Of a DNA stretch of 64,000 nucleotides, positions 42,287-53,252 are shown piece by piece. The DNA lies in the NCBI GenBank assembly GCA_963845515.1, contig CAWJSR010000058.1, positions 71,503 to 135,502 on the forward strand, written 5' to 3'. A program made the translations under genes and the position numbers. The notes under the pieces were generated by a model that saw nothing but the letters and a program-made list of their open reading frames with translations, was not told the origin of the DNA and made no database searches. Every line of letters starts with the position of its first letter. Positions within the stretch are counted from its first letter, which is position 1. This stretch comes from an uncultured delta proteobacterium. Lineage in GTDB: Bacteria > Myxococcota > Myxococcia > Myxococcales > Anaeromyxobacteraceae.

Positions 42287-44488
42287 ATGCCGAACGTGGC
42301 CTCGCGGACCGCCGCCCTCGCCGCCCTCACCGCCGCGCTCTTCGGGCTCGCGACGCCGGCGCGCGCCGGCGAGCCTCCGCGCGAGCTGAAGGGGGCCGTC
42401 GACGAGATCCTCGCGAAGAGCACCCTCGCGGGCGCTCGGGTCGGGATCATGATCTCGGACGTCGAGAGCGGGAAGGTCGTCTACGCTCGCGACGCGGACG
42501 TGCTCCTCAACCCCGCCTCGAACGTGAAGCTCTTCACCGCCGCCGCGGTCCTCTCGCGGCTCGGCCCCGAGTTCCGGTTCGAGACGGAGTTCCGCGTCGA
42601 CCCCGCCTCGAAGGGGCGGAGCGCCGTCAGGACGCTCTACGTCCGCGGCAAGGGGGATCCGACGCTCGTCACCGAGCGGCTCTGGGCCATCGCCGGCGAC
42701 CTCGCAGGGCTCGGGCTCCAGCGGATCGGCGACCTGGTCCTCGACGACGACTACTTCGACGGGGAGCGGATCGGCGCCGGCTTCGATCAGGAGTCGGGTG
42801 ATCGCGCCTACCTCGCCCCCACCGGTGCGCTCTCGCTCAACTTCAACTCGGTCTCGGTGCACGCCTCACCCGGCGAGGCTCGCGGCCGGCCCGGGCGCGT
42901 CTCGCTCGAGCCTCAGAGCGACTACCTGGAGCTGGTCAACCGCACCCGCACGGTCGCGCCGCGCGCGGTCCGCCGCGTCGTCCCCTCGTCGACGCGCGAC
43001 GGCGCGCGGCAGCGGATCGTGGTCGACGGGCGGCTCCCGCTGGGGGGCCGAACCGTGGCCATCTGGCGGAAGATCGACGATCCGCGCGCCTACTTCGGCC
43101 AGACGCTCAAGCGACTGCTGGAGCTGCGCGGCGTCAAGGTGGGGCGCGTCCGCGCCGGCTCCGCGCCGGAGGGCGCGAAGCTCGTCCACGTCGCCGAGTC
43201 GGAGTCGCTCGGGGAGATCGTCCGGCGGCTCAACAAGACCTCCAACAACTTCGTCGCGGAGCAGCTCCTCAAGACGCTCGGCGCGGAGACTCGCGGCCTG
43301 CCTGGCACCTGGGCGAACGGGATCGACTCTGCGGAGGAGTTCCTCGCCGAGATCGGCCTGCCGCGCGGCTCCTTCGTCATGCGGAACGGCTCCGGGCTCA
43401 ACGACGCCAACCGCTTCAGCGCGCGCCAGACCGTGACGCTGCTCCGCGCCATGTGGCACCGCTTCCCGCTCGCCGCCGAGTTCCTCGCGTCGCTCCCCGT
43501 CGCGGGGCGGGACGGGACGATCCGCTGGCGGATGGACGGCACCGAGGCGGCCGGGCGGCTGCGCGCCAAGACCGGGACGCTGGAGAACGTCACCAGCCTG
43601 TCTGGCTACGTCGAGACCGCCGATCACAAGAAGCTCGCCTTCGCGATCCTGGTCAACGACTTCGCCGGCCGTGCCTCCCGCGCCGCGCGCGTCGTCGACG
43701 CCATCGCCGCGGCGGTGGCCGCCCAGGGTGCGGGCGCCGGGCGGATGGGCGAGGCGGTGGCGCTGGTGGAGCAGGCCCCACCCCCCGTCACGGGCCCGTC
43801 GTTCCAGGATCAGCAGGCGGTCGTCCAGACCTGGAAGCAGCTGGCGCGCGCGGCGGACCGGCGCAACGTGGCGCTGCTCCGGACCGCGCTCCGCGCCGAG
43901 CGCGAGCCGGCCCTGCGGCTGGCGATCGCCGAGTGCATCTACGAGTCGGACCCGGACGGAGAGTCGGCGCAGCGCGCCCTCCTCGACACCGTCGCCACCT
44001 CCGCGGCCGCGCTGCCGCGGCTGGCGGCGCTCGCTGCCGAGCCGGGGGCTCCGGCGCCGATCCTGGGGGCGCTCGCCACGCTCGCGGCGGACGGCGAGGG
44101 TGAGGCGCTGATCCGCCTCTTCGAGCTGGCGCCGCTGCTGGCGGGCGACCCGCGCCTCTCCGACGCCCTCGGCGACGTCCTCGCCGGCGTGGCCCAGAGC
44201 GCCCCGCGCGAGCTGGTCGACGCGCTCCGCGCCACGCCGCAGCCGACGATGGAGGCGGCCGCCGGAGCGCTGGCCGCCGGCATCCTCCGCGCCGACGACG
44301 ACGAGCGCGCCTTCGAGCGGCTGCTGAGGGAGCTCGCGTCGGCAGAGAACCCGGGGATGTCCTTCGCGAAGGCGCTCGAGGCGCGGCTGGCCGCTGCGGA
44401 GGCCGCCGCGCGCGCGCCGCGACCATCGGAGCAGCCGTCGGTCGGCCCCGCCCCTTCCGACGCTCCCGAGCCGCTGCCAGGCGGCTGA
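42287..44488 (+). CDS. dacB: D-Ala-D-Ala carboxypeptidase/endopeptidase (PBP4, S13) with helical C-terminal extension
   Basis: SxxK ASNVK, SxN SNN, KTG AKTGT, GDPTL, NGSGL. Confidence 0.93.
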   Translation: MPNVASRTAALAALTAALFGLATPARAGEPPRELKGAVDEILAKSTLAGARVGIMISDVESGKVVYARDADVLLNPASNVKLFTAAAVLSRLGPEFRFETEFRVDPASKGRSAVRTLYVRGKGDPTLVTERLWAIAGDLAGLGLQRIGDLVLDDDYFDGERIGAGFDQESGDRAYLAPTGALSLNFNSVSVHASPGEARGRPGRVSLEPQSDYLELVNRTRTVAPRAVRRVVPSSTRDGARQRIVVDGRLPLGGRTVAIWRKIDDPRAYFGQTLKRLLELRGVKVGRVRAGSAPEGAKLVHVAESESLGEIVRRLNKTSNNFVAEQLLKTLGAETRGLPGTWANGIDSAEEFLAEIGLPRGSFVMRNGSGLNDANRFSARQTVTLLRAMWHRFPLAAEFLASLPVAGRDGTIRWRMDGTEAAGRLRAKTGTLENVTSLSGYVETADHKKLAFAILVNDFAGRASRAARVVDAIAAAVAAQGAGAGRMGEAVALVEQAPPPVTGPSFQDQQAVVQTWKQLARAADRRNVALLRTALRAEREPALRLAIAECIYESDPDGESAQRALLDTVATSAAALPRLAALAAEPGAPAPILGALATLAADGEGEALIRLFELAPLLAGDPRLSDALGDVLAGVAQSAPRELVDALRATPQPTMEAAAGALAAGILRADDDERAFERLLRELASAENPGMSFAKALEARLAAAEAAARAPRPSEQPSVGPAPSDAPEPLPGG

Positions 44489-44705
44489 TCCGCGCTCCCA
44501 GAGGGCTCCTCAGCCTGCCGCGCGCACGTGGACGAGGCAGGGCGGTTTTCACCCTGGGTCCGCTGACGCCACCCGTGAACCGGGGCCATGGCCCCAGTTA
44601 GGCGGCCCCACGCACACCAGGCTGAGCGTTTTCACCCATCGCGAAGGCAGAGCGATCGTTTACGACGCGTATGATACGTACCCAGCGCGTGGTACGCCTT
44701 CTTGC

Positions 44706-45188
44706 ATGACGGGATCCCAGATGACCCTCGTCGAGTCGCCCTTCTGCCCACCTGAGGCGCCAGTGTCGGATACCCTGCGGCCCCGTGAGGATCTGGTGCA
44801 GATCCGCTCCGGCGCCTGGCGCATGCTCGTCCCCATGCGCTTCGTCGAGAGGATCCTCGGCGCGGCGCTCCCCGTCGCGCGCCCCTCCGCCTGCGGCGGT
44901 GCCTCTCCTGTGATCGCCATCGGCAACGCCCTCGTCCCGGTCCTCTTCGCCGACGCGCTGCTCGGCGCCGAGGAGGTCAGGATCGGCGCCGAGGACCAGA
45001 TGGTTCTCCTCCACCACGAGGGCCGCCGCGCGCTACTCTGGGTGGACGCAGTCGAGGAGGTCGTCGAGTTCTCAGCCGTACAGCCGCCGCCGGGCACCGA
45101 GTCCCGCGCCGTCATCGCCGCGTTCAGCGGCACCGAGCGCCCACTCGCCGTGCTCGACGTCCCCCGCCTGCTGGAGCTCGCCGCGTGA
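44706..45188 (+). CDS. cheW: CheW-like protein
   Basis: LVPMRFVERI, ALVPVLFADALLG, ALLWVDAVEEV, LAVLDVPRLL. Confidence 0.7.
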   Translation: MTGSQMTLVESPFCPPEAPVSDTLRPREDLVQIRSGAWRMLVPMRFVERILGAALPVARPSACGGASPVIAIGNALVPVLFADALLGAEEVRIGAEDQMVLLHHEGRRALLWVDAVEEVVEFSAVQPPPGTESRAVIAAFSGTERPLAVLDVPRLLELAA

Positions 45189-45595
45189 CCCCAGAGCCAA
45201 AGAAGATGTCCACCATCCTGCTGGTCGACGACAGCCGGGTCTCCCGCGAAGTCCTGAAGGTGTTCCTCATCGGAAGGAACGTCACCGTCCTCGAGGCCGC
45301 CGATGGCGTCGAGGCGATGCGCGTCGTCCACGAGCACCACCCCGATCTGGTGGTCGCCGACCTGCGGATGCCGCGGCTCGACGGCTTCGGCCTCTGCGAG
45401 GAGCTCCGCGCCGACGTCCGCACCCGCCAGACCCCCGTGCTCGTCCTGACCGGCGCCGCCGATGCGGACGTCGTGGAGCGGTGCAAGGCCGCCGGCGCGC
45501 GCGAGGTCCTGAAGAAGCCGATCCAGCCCAAGGCGCTCCTCGACGCGGTCGCGCGCCATCTCCCCACCAACCAGGATCAGGTCGTCCGCCCATGA
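45185..45595 (+). CDS. CheY-like response regulator
   Basis: [26 protein letters not shown]. Confidence 0.9.
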   Translation: MTPEPKKMSTILLVDDSRVSREVLKVFLIGRNVTVLEAADGVEAMRVVHEHHPDLVVADLRMPRLDGFGLCEELRADVRTRQTPVLVLTGAADADVVERCKAAGAREVLKKPIQPKALLDAVARHLPTNQDQVVRP

Positions 45596-47711
45596 GCACC
45601 GCAGACTTCGAAGCCCTCCGCCGCCGCATCTTCGGCCGCATCCTCGCCACCGCGGTGCCGAGCGCCGCCGTGGCCGCCTACATCTTCGGCCTGGTCATCG
45701 GGCTCGAGGAGGGAGCGCTCTTCAAGGCGCTCGCCGGGTTCCTCCTCCCGATCCTCGTGCTCTCCGCGCTCCAGCAGTACACGGTCACCAGCCGCCTCCT
45801 GCGCAGGGCGCTCGCGCAGGTTCCAGGCGAGCCCGAGGGGGCACGGCTCATCCGGATCCTGGAGCTGCCGCGTCGCGTGGAGGTCTTCTCCAACGTCCTG
45901 GCATGGGTGATCGGCTCCGTCGCGTTCGGCGCCCTCGCCGCGATCTTCTACGGCAAGGGGTTGCAGGTGGTCGTCGCCGCGACGGGGATCGGCCTCTTCT
46001 CCTCGCTCTTCCCCGGCCTCATGCTCGTCATGCTGATCGAGGAGGACGTCCGCCAGCATCGCCGTCGAGGAGTTCCAGCGCAACCCCCGGCTGGCCCTGC
46101 CCGCCGCGCGGCTTCTTCTGGCCGCGCCAGTCCTGGTACCTGCCGTACGCCTTCGGGATCGCGCTGGTCTCGATGGTCGTCTTCTCCGGGATGGTCATCG
46201 TGGCGAAGTACGACAGCGCCGTCGCCACGCTGCTGGGCGCAATCCAGCAACAGGGCTACGGAGAGGCCGTCGGCACCGTGCAGGCGCAGCTCTCCGCGCT
46301 CGCCCTGGACGCGGTCCTCCCCGTGGTCGGGATCGCCTTCGTGCTGCTCATCGCCTTCGGGATCACCGGGATCCTGCTGGCCCGCAGGCAGGCGCGCGCC
46401 GCGAGCGCGGTGGAGGAGTCGCTCCGCTCGATGGCCGCCGGCAACCCGCAGCTGCCGGCGTGGATCGCGACGGACGAGATCGGCGACCTGTCCGCGGCCA
46501 CGGCCGTCATCTCGCTGGAGATGCGCCACGTCTTCGAGCAGCTGCGGGCGATGGCCGCCGGCGACCTGGGCAGCGAGCTGCGCGGCGACTCCGGCCTCAT
46601 CCAGGTCTTCCGGGAGTCGCGCGCAGGCATGCTGGAGCTGGCGCAGCGGATGGTCGCCCTCTCGCGCGGCGAGTCCATAGACGCGGTCCGGATCTCCGGC
46701 GACCTCGGCGGAGCCTTCGACCGGCTCCAGTCCTCGTTCCAGGCGATCGTCACGCAGGCCCAGACCATCGCGAAGGGGGACCTGCGGCGCGACGTCGACG
46801 TCCCCGGCGCGCTCGGCAGCGCCATGCAGCAGATGACCGGCAACCTCCGCGGCATGGTGGGGCAGACGCAGGCGGTCTCCGGGAACATCGGCGACATCGT
46901 CGTGAGCCTCCAGTCCGCTGCGGCGCAGCTCTCGACCGCCACCACCGAGCAGGTGGCCGCGGTGACCGAGACCGCCAACACGATGACCGAGATGGCGCAG
47001 ACCTCCGCGGTCTCGGCCGACCGCGCCTCCGAGCTGATCAAGCAGGGTGAGGCGGCCGCCGCGGTCGTCGAGGAGGGTGGCGAGGCGGCCGACTCCGCCA
47101 TCCAGTCGATCACCGCCATCTCGGCGTCCCTCGAGAAGGTGGCCGGCGCGTCACAGGCGCTCGCGGAGCGCGTGCAGCGGATCGACGGCATCACCGAGAC
47201 CGTGGGCTTCCTCGCCGACCAGTCGAGCACGCTCGCCATCAACGCCGCGATCGAGGCGGCGCGCGCCGGGGAGGCCGGCAAGGGGTTCACCGTCGTGGCG
47301 CGGGAGATCCGGACGCTCGCCGCCGACTCGCGCAAGGCGGCTGGCCAGATCCGCGAGATCCTCGCGGAGATCCGCGAGCGGACCTCGCAGGTCGACGGCT
47401 CGGTGGCCGCCGGGGCCCGCACCGTGGACGACGGCAACCGGCTCGTGGCACGGCTCGGCGAGGTGATCGGCCAGCTCGGCGTCACCGTCCACGACTCGGT
47501 CGGCCTGATGCGCCAGGTGGAGGGCTCGGCGCGCCAGCACCAGGCCGGCGTCGGCCAGGTGTCGCAGGCGCTCACCAACATGCAGAAGGCCTCGGAGTCG
47601 ATCCGCGACGGCGCGCGGATGCTCGGGGATCTCTCGGGCAAGACGCACGAGCTCTCGTCCACCCTGCAGAAGACCGCGGGCGCGTACGAGCTGCCCACGG
47701 CGCGCGCGTGA
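45592..47711 (+). CDS. Methyl-accepting chemotaxis protein, multi-TM sensor, poly-HAMP (indels ~46055, ~46103)
   Basis: About 6 TM segments; DEIGDL HAMP; signalling hairpin [30 protein letters not shown]. Confidence 0.92.
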
Positions 47712-47748
47712 CCGGAGCGCCGGTGAAGCGATCCCTCGCGAGCGCCGC

Positions 47749-48981
47749 ATGAGCCCCGGACCGGAGATCGTCGCCGCGACGCGGCGCAACCTGGAGGCGG
47801 CCTACGGGCTCGCGCTGGAGGGGCTCACGCTCGACCAGATCACCTCGGCGATCGGGGCAGCGTCGCAGGCCCACGCGCCCGCCGACGCCGGCGATCCGCA
47901 GTGGCTCGCGCGCGTCCTCGATCGGCTCCCCATCGACGAGAGCTGGCTCTTCCGCGACGACGAGCTCTGGACGTGGCTCCGCGACGACGCGGGCCCGGCC
48001 CTGCTCGATCGCGCGCTCGCCCTCTCCCGGCCGGTCCGGATCCTCTCGCTCGGGTGCTCCTCCGGCCAGGAGCCCTTCAGCCTCGCCATCCTCTTCCAGG
48101 GGCTCCTCGAGCGGTCCGGCATCCCGGGCTCGGCCGCGGCGGGCTACGTCAGCATCACCGGCATCGACTCGTCGCCGGCGCGCGTCGAGCTCGCGCGCTC
48201 GGGGGTCGTGAACGCCTGGTCCGTCCAGCGCAGCCGCGCCGACTGGCTGCGGGGGCGCGTGGCGCTGGAGGATCCACAGACCGGCCGCCACAGGATCGAC
48301 CCGGCGGTGCGCGCCATGTGCCGCTTCGAGGTCGGGAACATCGTCGACCTCGTCGGCCGTGGGAACGCGGCCCTCGGCGGCTTCGACCTCGTCCTCTGCC
48401 GCAACGTCCTCATCTACTTCAGGCCGGCCGAGGCGGAGCGCATCGCGGCGGACCTGGCACGCGCCCTCGACCGCGGGACGCTCCTCGCCTTCTCGGCCGC
48501 GGAGGCGCACCTGCTCGCCGCCTCGGGCACCGTCGAGCCGATGGGCCAGCTCGGCGCCGGACGGGCCGGGACCGGGCTGCCCGGCGCCGCGGCGGTCGCC
48601 TCCGCCCGCACGGTCGGCGCTTCGGGGGCCCGCAGCCGGAGCGCCCCGCGCCGCGTCCCGCAGGCGCGTCCGTCCACCGACGCCGCGGCCGCGCACCTCC
48701 GCGCCGCGGTCGAGCACGCGCGCGCCGGCCGCAGCTTCGAGGCGCTGCGAGAGGCCCGCGCGGCCCTCTTCCACGATCCACGCCAGCTCTTCCCCCGCCT
48801 CCTCGTCGCGGAGCAGCTCGTGGCCATCGACCTCGCGCGCGGCCGGGAGATGCTGCGCGAGCTGCTGGAGCAGGCCGCGAGGATGCCGCAGGAGGCGGCC
48901 GTGCCGTTCGCCGACGGCCTGAGCGTCGGGCAGCTCGCCCACGCCGCGCGGCTCCTCCTCGATCGACGGAGCGTCACGTGA
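47749..48981 (+). CDS. cheR: CheR methyltransferase with C-terminal TPR (WspC/FrzF-like)
   Basis: ESWLFRD, GCSSGQEPFSLA, FDLVLCRNVLIYF; TPR AALFHDP. Confidence 0.9.
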   Translation: MSPGPEIVAATRRNLEAAYGLALEGLTLDQITSAIGAASQAHAPADAGDPQWLARVLDRLPIDESWLFRDDELWTWLRDDAGPALLDRALALSRPVRILSLGCSSGQEPFSLAILFQGLLERSGIPGSAAAGYVSITGIDSSPARVELARSGVVNAWSVQRSRADWLRGRVALEDPQTGRHRIDPAVRAMCRFEVGNIVDLVGRGNAALGGFDLVLCRNVLIYFRPAEAERIAADLARALDRGTLLAFSAAEAHLLAASGTVEPMGQLGAGRAGTGLPGAAAVASARTVGASGARSRSAPRRVPQARPSTDAAAAHLRAAVEHARAGRSFEALREARAALFHDPRQLFPRLLVAEQLVAIDLARGREMLRELLEQAARMPQEAAVPFADGLSVGQLAHAARLLLDRRSVT

Positions 48982-49526
48982 CCGGGGAGCGGATCGCCCC
49001 GGCGCGCATCTTCCCGCGCGACCTGCCGCTGCTCGAGCGGCGCGCCAGGGAGCTCGCGTCCGGCGCCGTCGAGGTCGACGAGGGCGGCGGCACCACCCGG
49101 CTCGTCCTCTTCTGCGTCGAGGGGCTCCCGTGCGCGATCGACGCGGCGCCCGTGGCCCGCGCCGTCTCGAGGCTGGCGGGCGCCACGCCCGTCCCGCTGG
49201 CCGACGGCCGCGAGCGGATGGTCGCCTTCGTGGAGGAGCAGCCCCTCCCGGTCGCCGACCTGGCCGGCGTCGCGGCGGGTGGGCAGCGCAGCGCCGCCGA
49301 GCTGGCCAGCGGCCCCGCGCTGGTCCTCGCCACCCCGGACGGCCCGGTCGCCGTCGCCGTGGAGGGACCGCTCGACCTGCGGGAGGAGCGGCTCTCCGGG
49401 GCGGTGATCGATGCGCTCGAGAGCGGCACGGCGGGGCTGAGGCTCGCGGGACGGCTCGCCGACGGGACGAGCGTCCTCGACGTCGCGTGGCTCCTGGCGT
49501 GGGCGGCGAAGGCGGCCCGCTCATGA
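48978..49526 (+). CDS. cheW: CheW-like protein (WspD-like)
   Basis: LLERRARELA, LVLFCVEG, ATPVPLA, LPVADLA, SVLDVAWLL. Confidence 0.8.
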   Translation: MTGERIAPARIFPRDLPLLERRARELASGAVEVDEGGGTTRLVLFCVEGLPCAIDAAPVARAVSRLAGATPVPLADGRERMVAFVEEQPLPVADLAGVAAGGQRSAAELASGPALVLATPDGPVAVAVEGPLDLREERLSGAVIDALESGTAGLRLAGRLADGTSVLDVAWLLAWAAKAARS

Positions 49527-51643
49527 GCCTGGCCGGCATGAGCTTCGACGCCGCGACGCTGGCGAGGCTGGCGGGGCTCTTCCTCGCCGAGGCGGAGGAG
49601 ACGCTCGCGCTCCTCGGCGCGATGGCGCCACGGCTTCGCGCCAGCAACGACGCCGAGGCCCTCAAGGAGTTCCGGCGCGCGACCCACGGCCTGAAGGGGG
49701 CCGCGGCCACGGTCGGCCACGACGAGCTGGCGGGCGCGCTCCACGACCTGGAGGAGCTCTCGAACGGCCTCGACCAGCTCGACGCCGCGACCGCCGAGGC
49801 GCGCCACGGCAGGATCGCCCACGCGCTGGCGCTGCTGAACGAGGGGATCGCGCGGATGGCCGCCAGTGGAGCCAACGGCTTCCCCGCCGAGCTGCTGGCG
49901 ACCCTCCGGGCGGCCGTGGCGCCGGAGGCGGCCGACACGACGCCTACCTCGGCCGCGCCGATCGCGCCGGCCGCGAGAGCCGCGAGCTCCGCGCCCGGCC
50001 CCGCGGCGACCGTCGCCGAGCGGATCAGCGTGCCGGCCGTGGAGGTGGACGAGGCCCTCAGGCTCGCCTCGTCGCTGGCCCGCAACGCGGCTCAGCTCCA
50101 CGAGCGGCTGGGCAGCGCCGACGCTGCAGCGGCCGCCGCCGCCAGCGGGCTCGCCGCCGCCGCGCTCGGGCTCGAGTCGATCATCGCGGACCTCCGGCTC
50201 GTCCCGGCCGAGTCCGCGTTCTCCGGGCTCCAGGAGGAGGTCGCGACGCTCGCCGAGGAGCTGGGGAAGCAGGTGAACCTCGGCCTCTCCGGGCGCGACG
50301 TGCGCGCGGACCGGCGCACGCTCCAGTCGGCGCGCGGGATGATCCGCCACCTCGTCCGGAACGCCCTCGACCACGGCCTGGAGCCGCCGACCGAGAGGCG
50401 CGCCGCCGGCAAGCCCGAGGCGGGGCGGCTCCAGATCCGCGTCGAGGCGGGCGAGTCGGCCCTGCGCGTGACGGTGGAGGACGACGGCGCGGGCTTCGAC
50501 CTCGCGCGGATCCGGGTCGAGCTCGCGAGGCGCTCCGGCGAGGCGGACAGGATCTCCGCCCTCTCGGACGAGGAGCTCCTGCAGCTCTGGGCCTTCGAGG
50601 GAGGCTCGACCCGCGAGAGCGCGACCCAGATCTCCGGACGCGGCCTCGGCCTCTCCGCCGTCGCCTCGATGGCCCGCGCGGCCGGCGGCGGGATCCACGT
50701 CCGCTCTGCGAGCGGCGCCGGCAGCTGCGTCGTCTTCACGCTGCCGCTCGAGGTCTACGCGGTCGAGGTGCTGTCGGTCTGGTCGGGCGGACGGCTCTAC
50801 GGCCTCCCGCTCCAGGCGATCGAGCAGACGATCCACCTGCGCTCGGCGGGCGACGCGATCCACGACGGCCCCACCGGCCGCACGCTGGCGGTCGGTGAGA
50901 GCATCCTCCCGCTCACCCCGCTGGCGAGCGCGCTGGGGGGGCGCCCGGCCGCGCCGGATCGCTTCGCGCTGGTCGTCCGGGCCGAGGGCGGGACGACGGC
51001 GGTCGCGGTCGAGGACGTCGGCTCGGTGGTCGGCGTCGTGCCGGCCACGGTCCCCGGAGTGGCGCAGGCCGACGCGCTCGTCACCGGCATCGCGCGGCTC
51101 GGCGACGGCGAGGTGATCTCGATCCTCAACCCTCGCCTCCTGCTGGCGCGGGCGCGCGCCGTCCTCGCGGCGCCCCGCGCCGAGCGCCGGTCCGCGGCGC
51201 CCGCTGCGCCATCCCCGGCGGCGCGTTTGCCGGAGGCGCCGCGCAGGCCGGGCGCCGGCGCGGGATCCCTGGAGGTCGTGCTCGCGGAGGACTCGCTCGC
51301 CACCCGCGAGGTGCTCCGCGTCCTCCTGGAGCAGCAGGGCTTCCGCGTCCGGCTCGCCGCCGACGGCGAGGAGGCGCTCGCGCGGATCGGCGAGAGGCTC
51401 CCCGACGTCCTCGTGTCCGACGTGAACATGCCGCGCCGCGACGGCCTGTCGCTCGCGCGCGAGCTCCGGAAGCGGGCCACCAGCGCTCGCCTCCCGATCG
51501 TGCTCCTGACCTCGCAGGACGACGACGCGACGCGCGCGGCGGGCGCCTCCGCCGGCGCCGACGCCTTCCTCGTCAAGTCGAAGTTCAACGCGAACGTGCT
51601 GCTCGAGACGCTCGCCCGCATCGGCGTGAGGGCAACGAATTGA
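49523..51643 (+). CDS. cheA: Hybrid CheA histidine kinase (Hpt-HATPase-CheW-REC)
   Basis: THGLKGAA, HLVRNALDHG, DDGAG, SGRGLGL; receiver LAEDS..SDVNMP..LTS..FLVK. Confidence 0.93.
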   Translation: MSLAGMSFDAATLARLAGLFLAEAEETLALLGAMAPRLRASNDAEALKEFRRATHGLKGAAATVGHDELAGALHDLEELSNGLDQLDAATAEARHGRIAHALALLNEGIARMAASGANGFPAELLATLRAAVAPEAADTTPTSAAPIAPAARAASSAPGPAATVAERISVPAVEVDEALRLASSLARNAAQLHERLGSADAAAAAAASGLAAAALGLESIIADLRLVPAESAFSGLQEEVATLAEELGKQVNLGLSGRDVRADRRTLQSARGMIRHLVRNALDHGLEPPTERRAAGKPEAGRLQIRVEAGESALRVTVEDDGAGFDLARIRVELARRSGEADRISALSDEELLQLWAFEGGSTRESATQISGRGLGLSAVASMARAAGGGIHVRSASGAGSCVVFTLPLEVYAVEVLSVWSGGRLYGLPLQAIEQTIHLRSAGDAIHDGPTGRTLAVGESILPLTPLASALGGRPAAPDRFALVVRAEGGTTAVAVEDVGSVVGVVPATVPGVAQADALVTGIARLGDGEVISILNPRLLLARARAVLAAPRAERRSAAPAAPSPAARLPEAPRRPGAGAGSLEVVLAEDSLATREVLRVLLEQQGFRVRLAADGEEALARIGERLPDVLVSDVNMPRRDGLSLARELRKRATSARLPIVLLTSQDDDATRAAGASAGADAFLVKSKFNANVLLETLARIGVRATN

Positions 51644-52696
51644 CCAGCATCACGCTCATCATCGACGACTTCGCGCTCGCCGCGCTCCCGACGCTGGACC
51701 GCGATCTCGCCCAGGCCGGCGCGTGGGTGATGCGCAGCTTCAAGGGGCTCCCCAACCCGGCGCTCCTGCGCCGCTACCAGGGGGCGGCGGTGGTCGGCGG
51801 CCCCGACCGCTACGGCCTCCTGGCCCGGCTGGAGGCGGCCACCACCAGCCTCTCCGCGCCGGTGATCGCGGTCCTGCCGAAGGGCTGCCCCCCATCCCCC
51901 GAGCTGAGGGGTCCCGGCGTCGTCGACCTCATCCCGGCCGGCGAGCTGCGCGCCGCAGAGCGGGTGCTGCTGATGGCGAGCGTCCCCATCATCTCCTCGC
52001 ACCCGCTCCGGCGCGCGCCAGCCGGCCGCGGCCGCTCCACCGACGCCGTCCCCGTCGCCGAGGGCGCCGGCGCTGGCGCCGTTGCCGGGCTCCCCCGCTT
52101 CCGGGACCGTGACCGTGCTCCCCCGTCCCAACCCCGACGCGGAGCTCCTCGCGATCGCCAGCTCGACGGGCGGCGTCTGGGTGCTCGCCGCGCTGCTGCG
52201 CGACCTGCGCCCCCGCGATCGGGCAGTCTGCGTGGCGCAGCACCTCGAGGGGGAGTTCGTCCCCTTCTTCGCCGAGTGGCTGCAGGGGGTCTCCGGCTGG
52301 CCGACGGTGGTGGTCGACGAGCCGCTCCCATACTCGGCCGGCGTCATCTACGTGCCGACCGGCGGCAAGGATCTGGTGGTCGAGCCGGGACGCGTCACCA
52401 CCGCGCCGGCCTGCTCGCGCTACGTCCCGAACGGCGACCGGCTGCTCAAGAGCGCCGCGAGCGCCCTCGGCCCCCGGGCGATCGGGCTGGTCCTCTCCGG
52501 GATGGGCACGGACGGTGCCGAGGGGCTGGCCGAGCTGGCGAAGCGGGGCGGACGCGCCCTCTGCCAGGACCCGTCCAGCGCGGTGGTCCCGTCGATGCCC
52601 GAGACCGCGCTGCAGAAGACCCCGGGGGCGGCCTGCGCGTCGCCGGAGCGGCTCGCGGCCAGCATCGGCGCTTGCTCTGTCAGAGCCGCCTGCTAG
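51640..52696 (+). CDS. cheB: CheB methylesterase with atypical N-terminal domain (frameshift ~52020)
   Basis: Catalytic motifs ASSTGG, AQHL, SGMGTDG, SAVVPSMP. Confidence 0.85.
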
Positions 52697-52766
52697 CGTC
52701 CGCTCCTGAACCCAAACGCTGCGAAGCCTGCGGTCCACGCAGGCCACGCGCTCGGAGAGCGAGAAC

Positions 52767-53252
52767 ATGGTCAACAAGGTCATCCTCGTCGGCAACCTCG
52801 GGAAGGATCCCGAGGTCCGCTACACCACCGGCGGCCAGGCGGTCGCCAACCTCCGCATCGCCACCTCCCGCTCCTGGACCGACAAGCAGTCGGGCCAGAA
52901 GAAGGAGGAGACCGAGTGGCATGACGTCGAGGTCTGGGGGAAGCAGGCGGAGCAGTGCGGCGAGTACCTGGCCAAGGGGCGCCAGGTCTACGTGGAAGGG
53001 CGTCTCAAGACCGACGCCTGGGACGACAAGACGACCGGCCAGAAGCGCTCGCGCGTGAAGGTGGTCGCCGAGACGGTCCGGTTCCTCTCGAGCGGCGGCC
53101 GCGGCGCGGGTGCGGGCGCCGGCCCGGGTGCAGGCGCTGGCGGCCCCGGCCGCCAGGCCCCTCCGCAGGACGACAGCGGCCCTCCGGGCGGCGGCTACGA
53201 CGAAGGGCCCAACGGCGGTGGTGGCGGCGGGGGCGACGACATCCCGTTTTAG
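52767..53252 (+). CDS. ssb: Single-stranded DNA-binding protein
   Basis: [26 protein letters not shown], Gly-rich tail ending DDIPF. Confidence 0.98.
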   Translation: MVNKVILVGNLGKDPEVRYTTGGQAVANLRIATSRSWTDKQSGQKKEETEWHDVEVWGKQAEQCGEYLAKGRQVYVEGRLKTDAWDDKTTGQKRSRVKVVAETVRFLSSGGRGAGAGAGPGAGAGGPGRQAPPQDDSGPPGGGYDEGPNGGGGGGGDDIPF

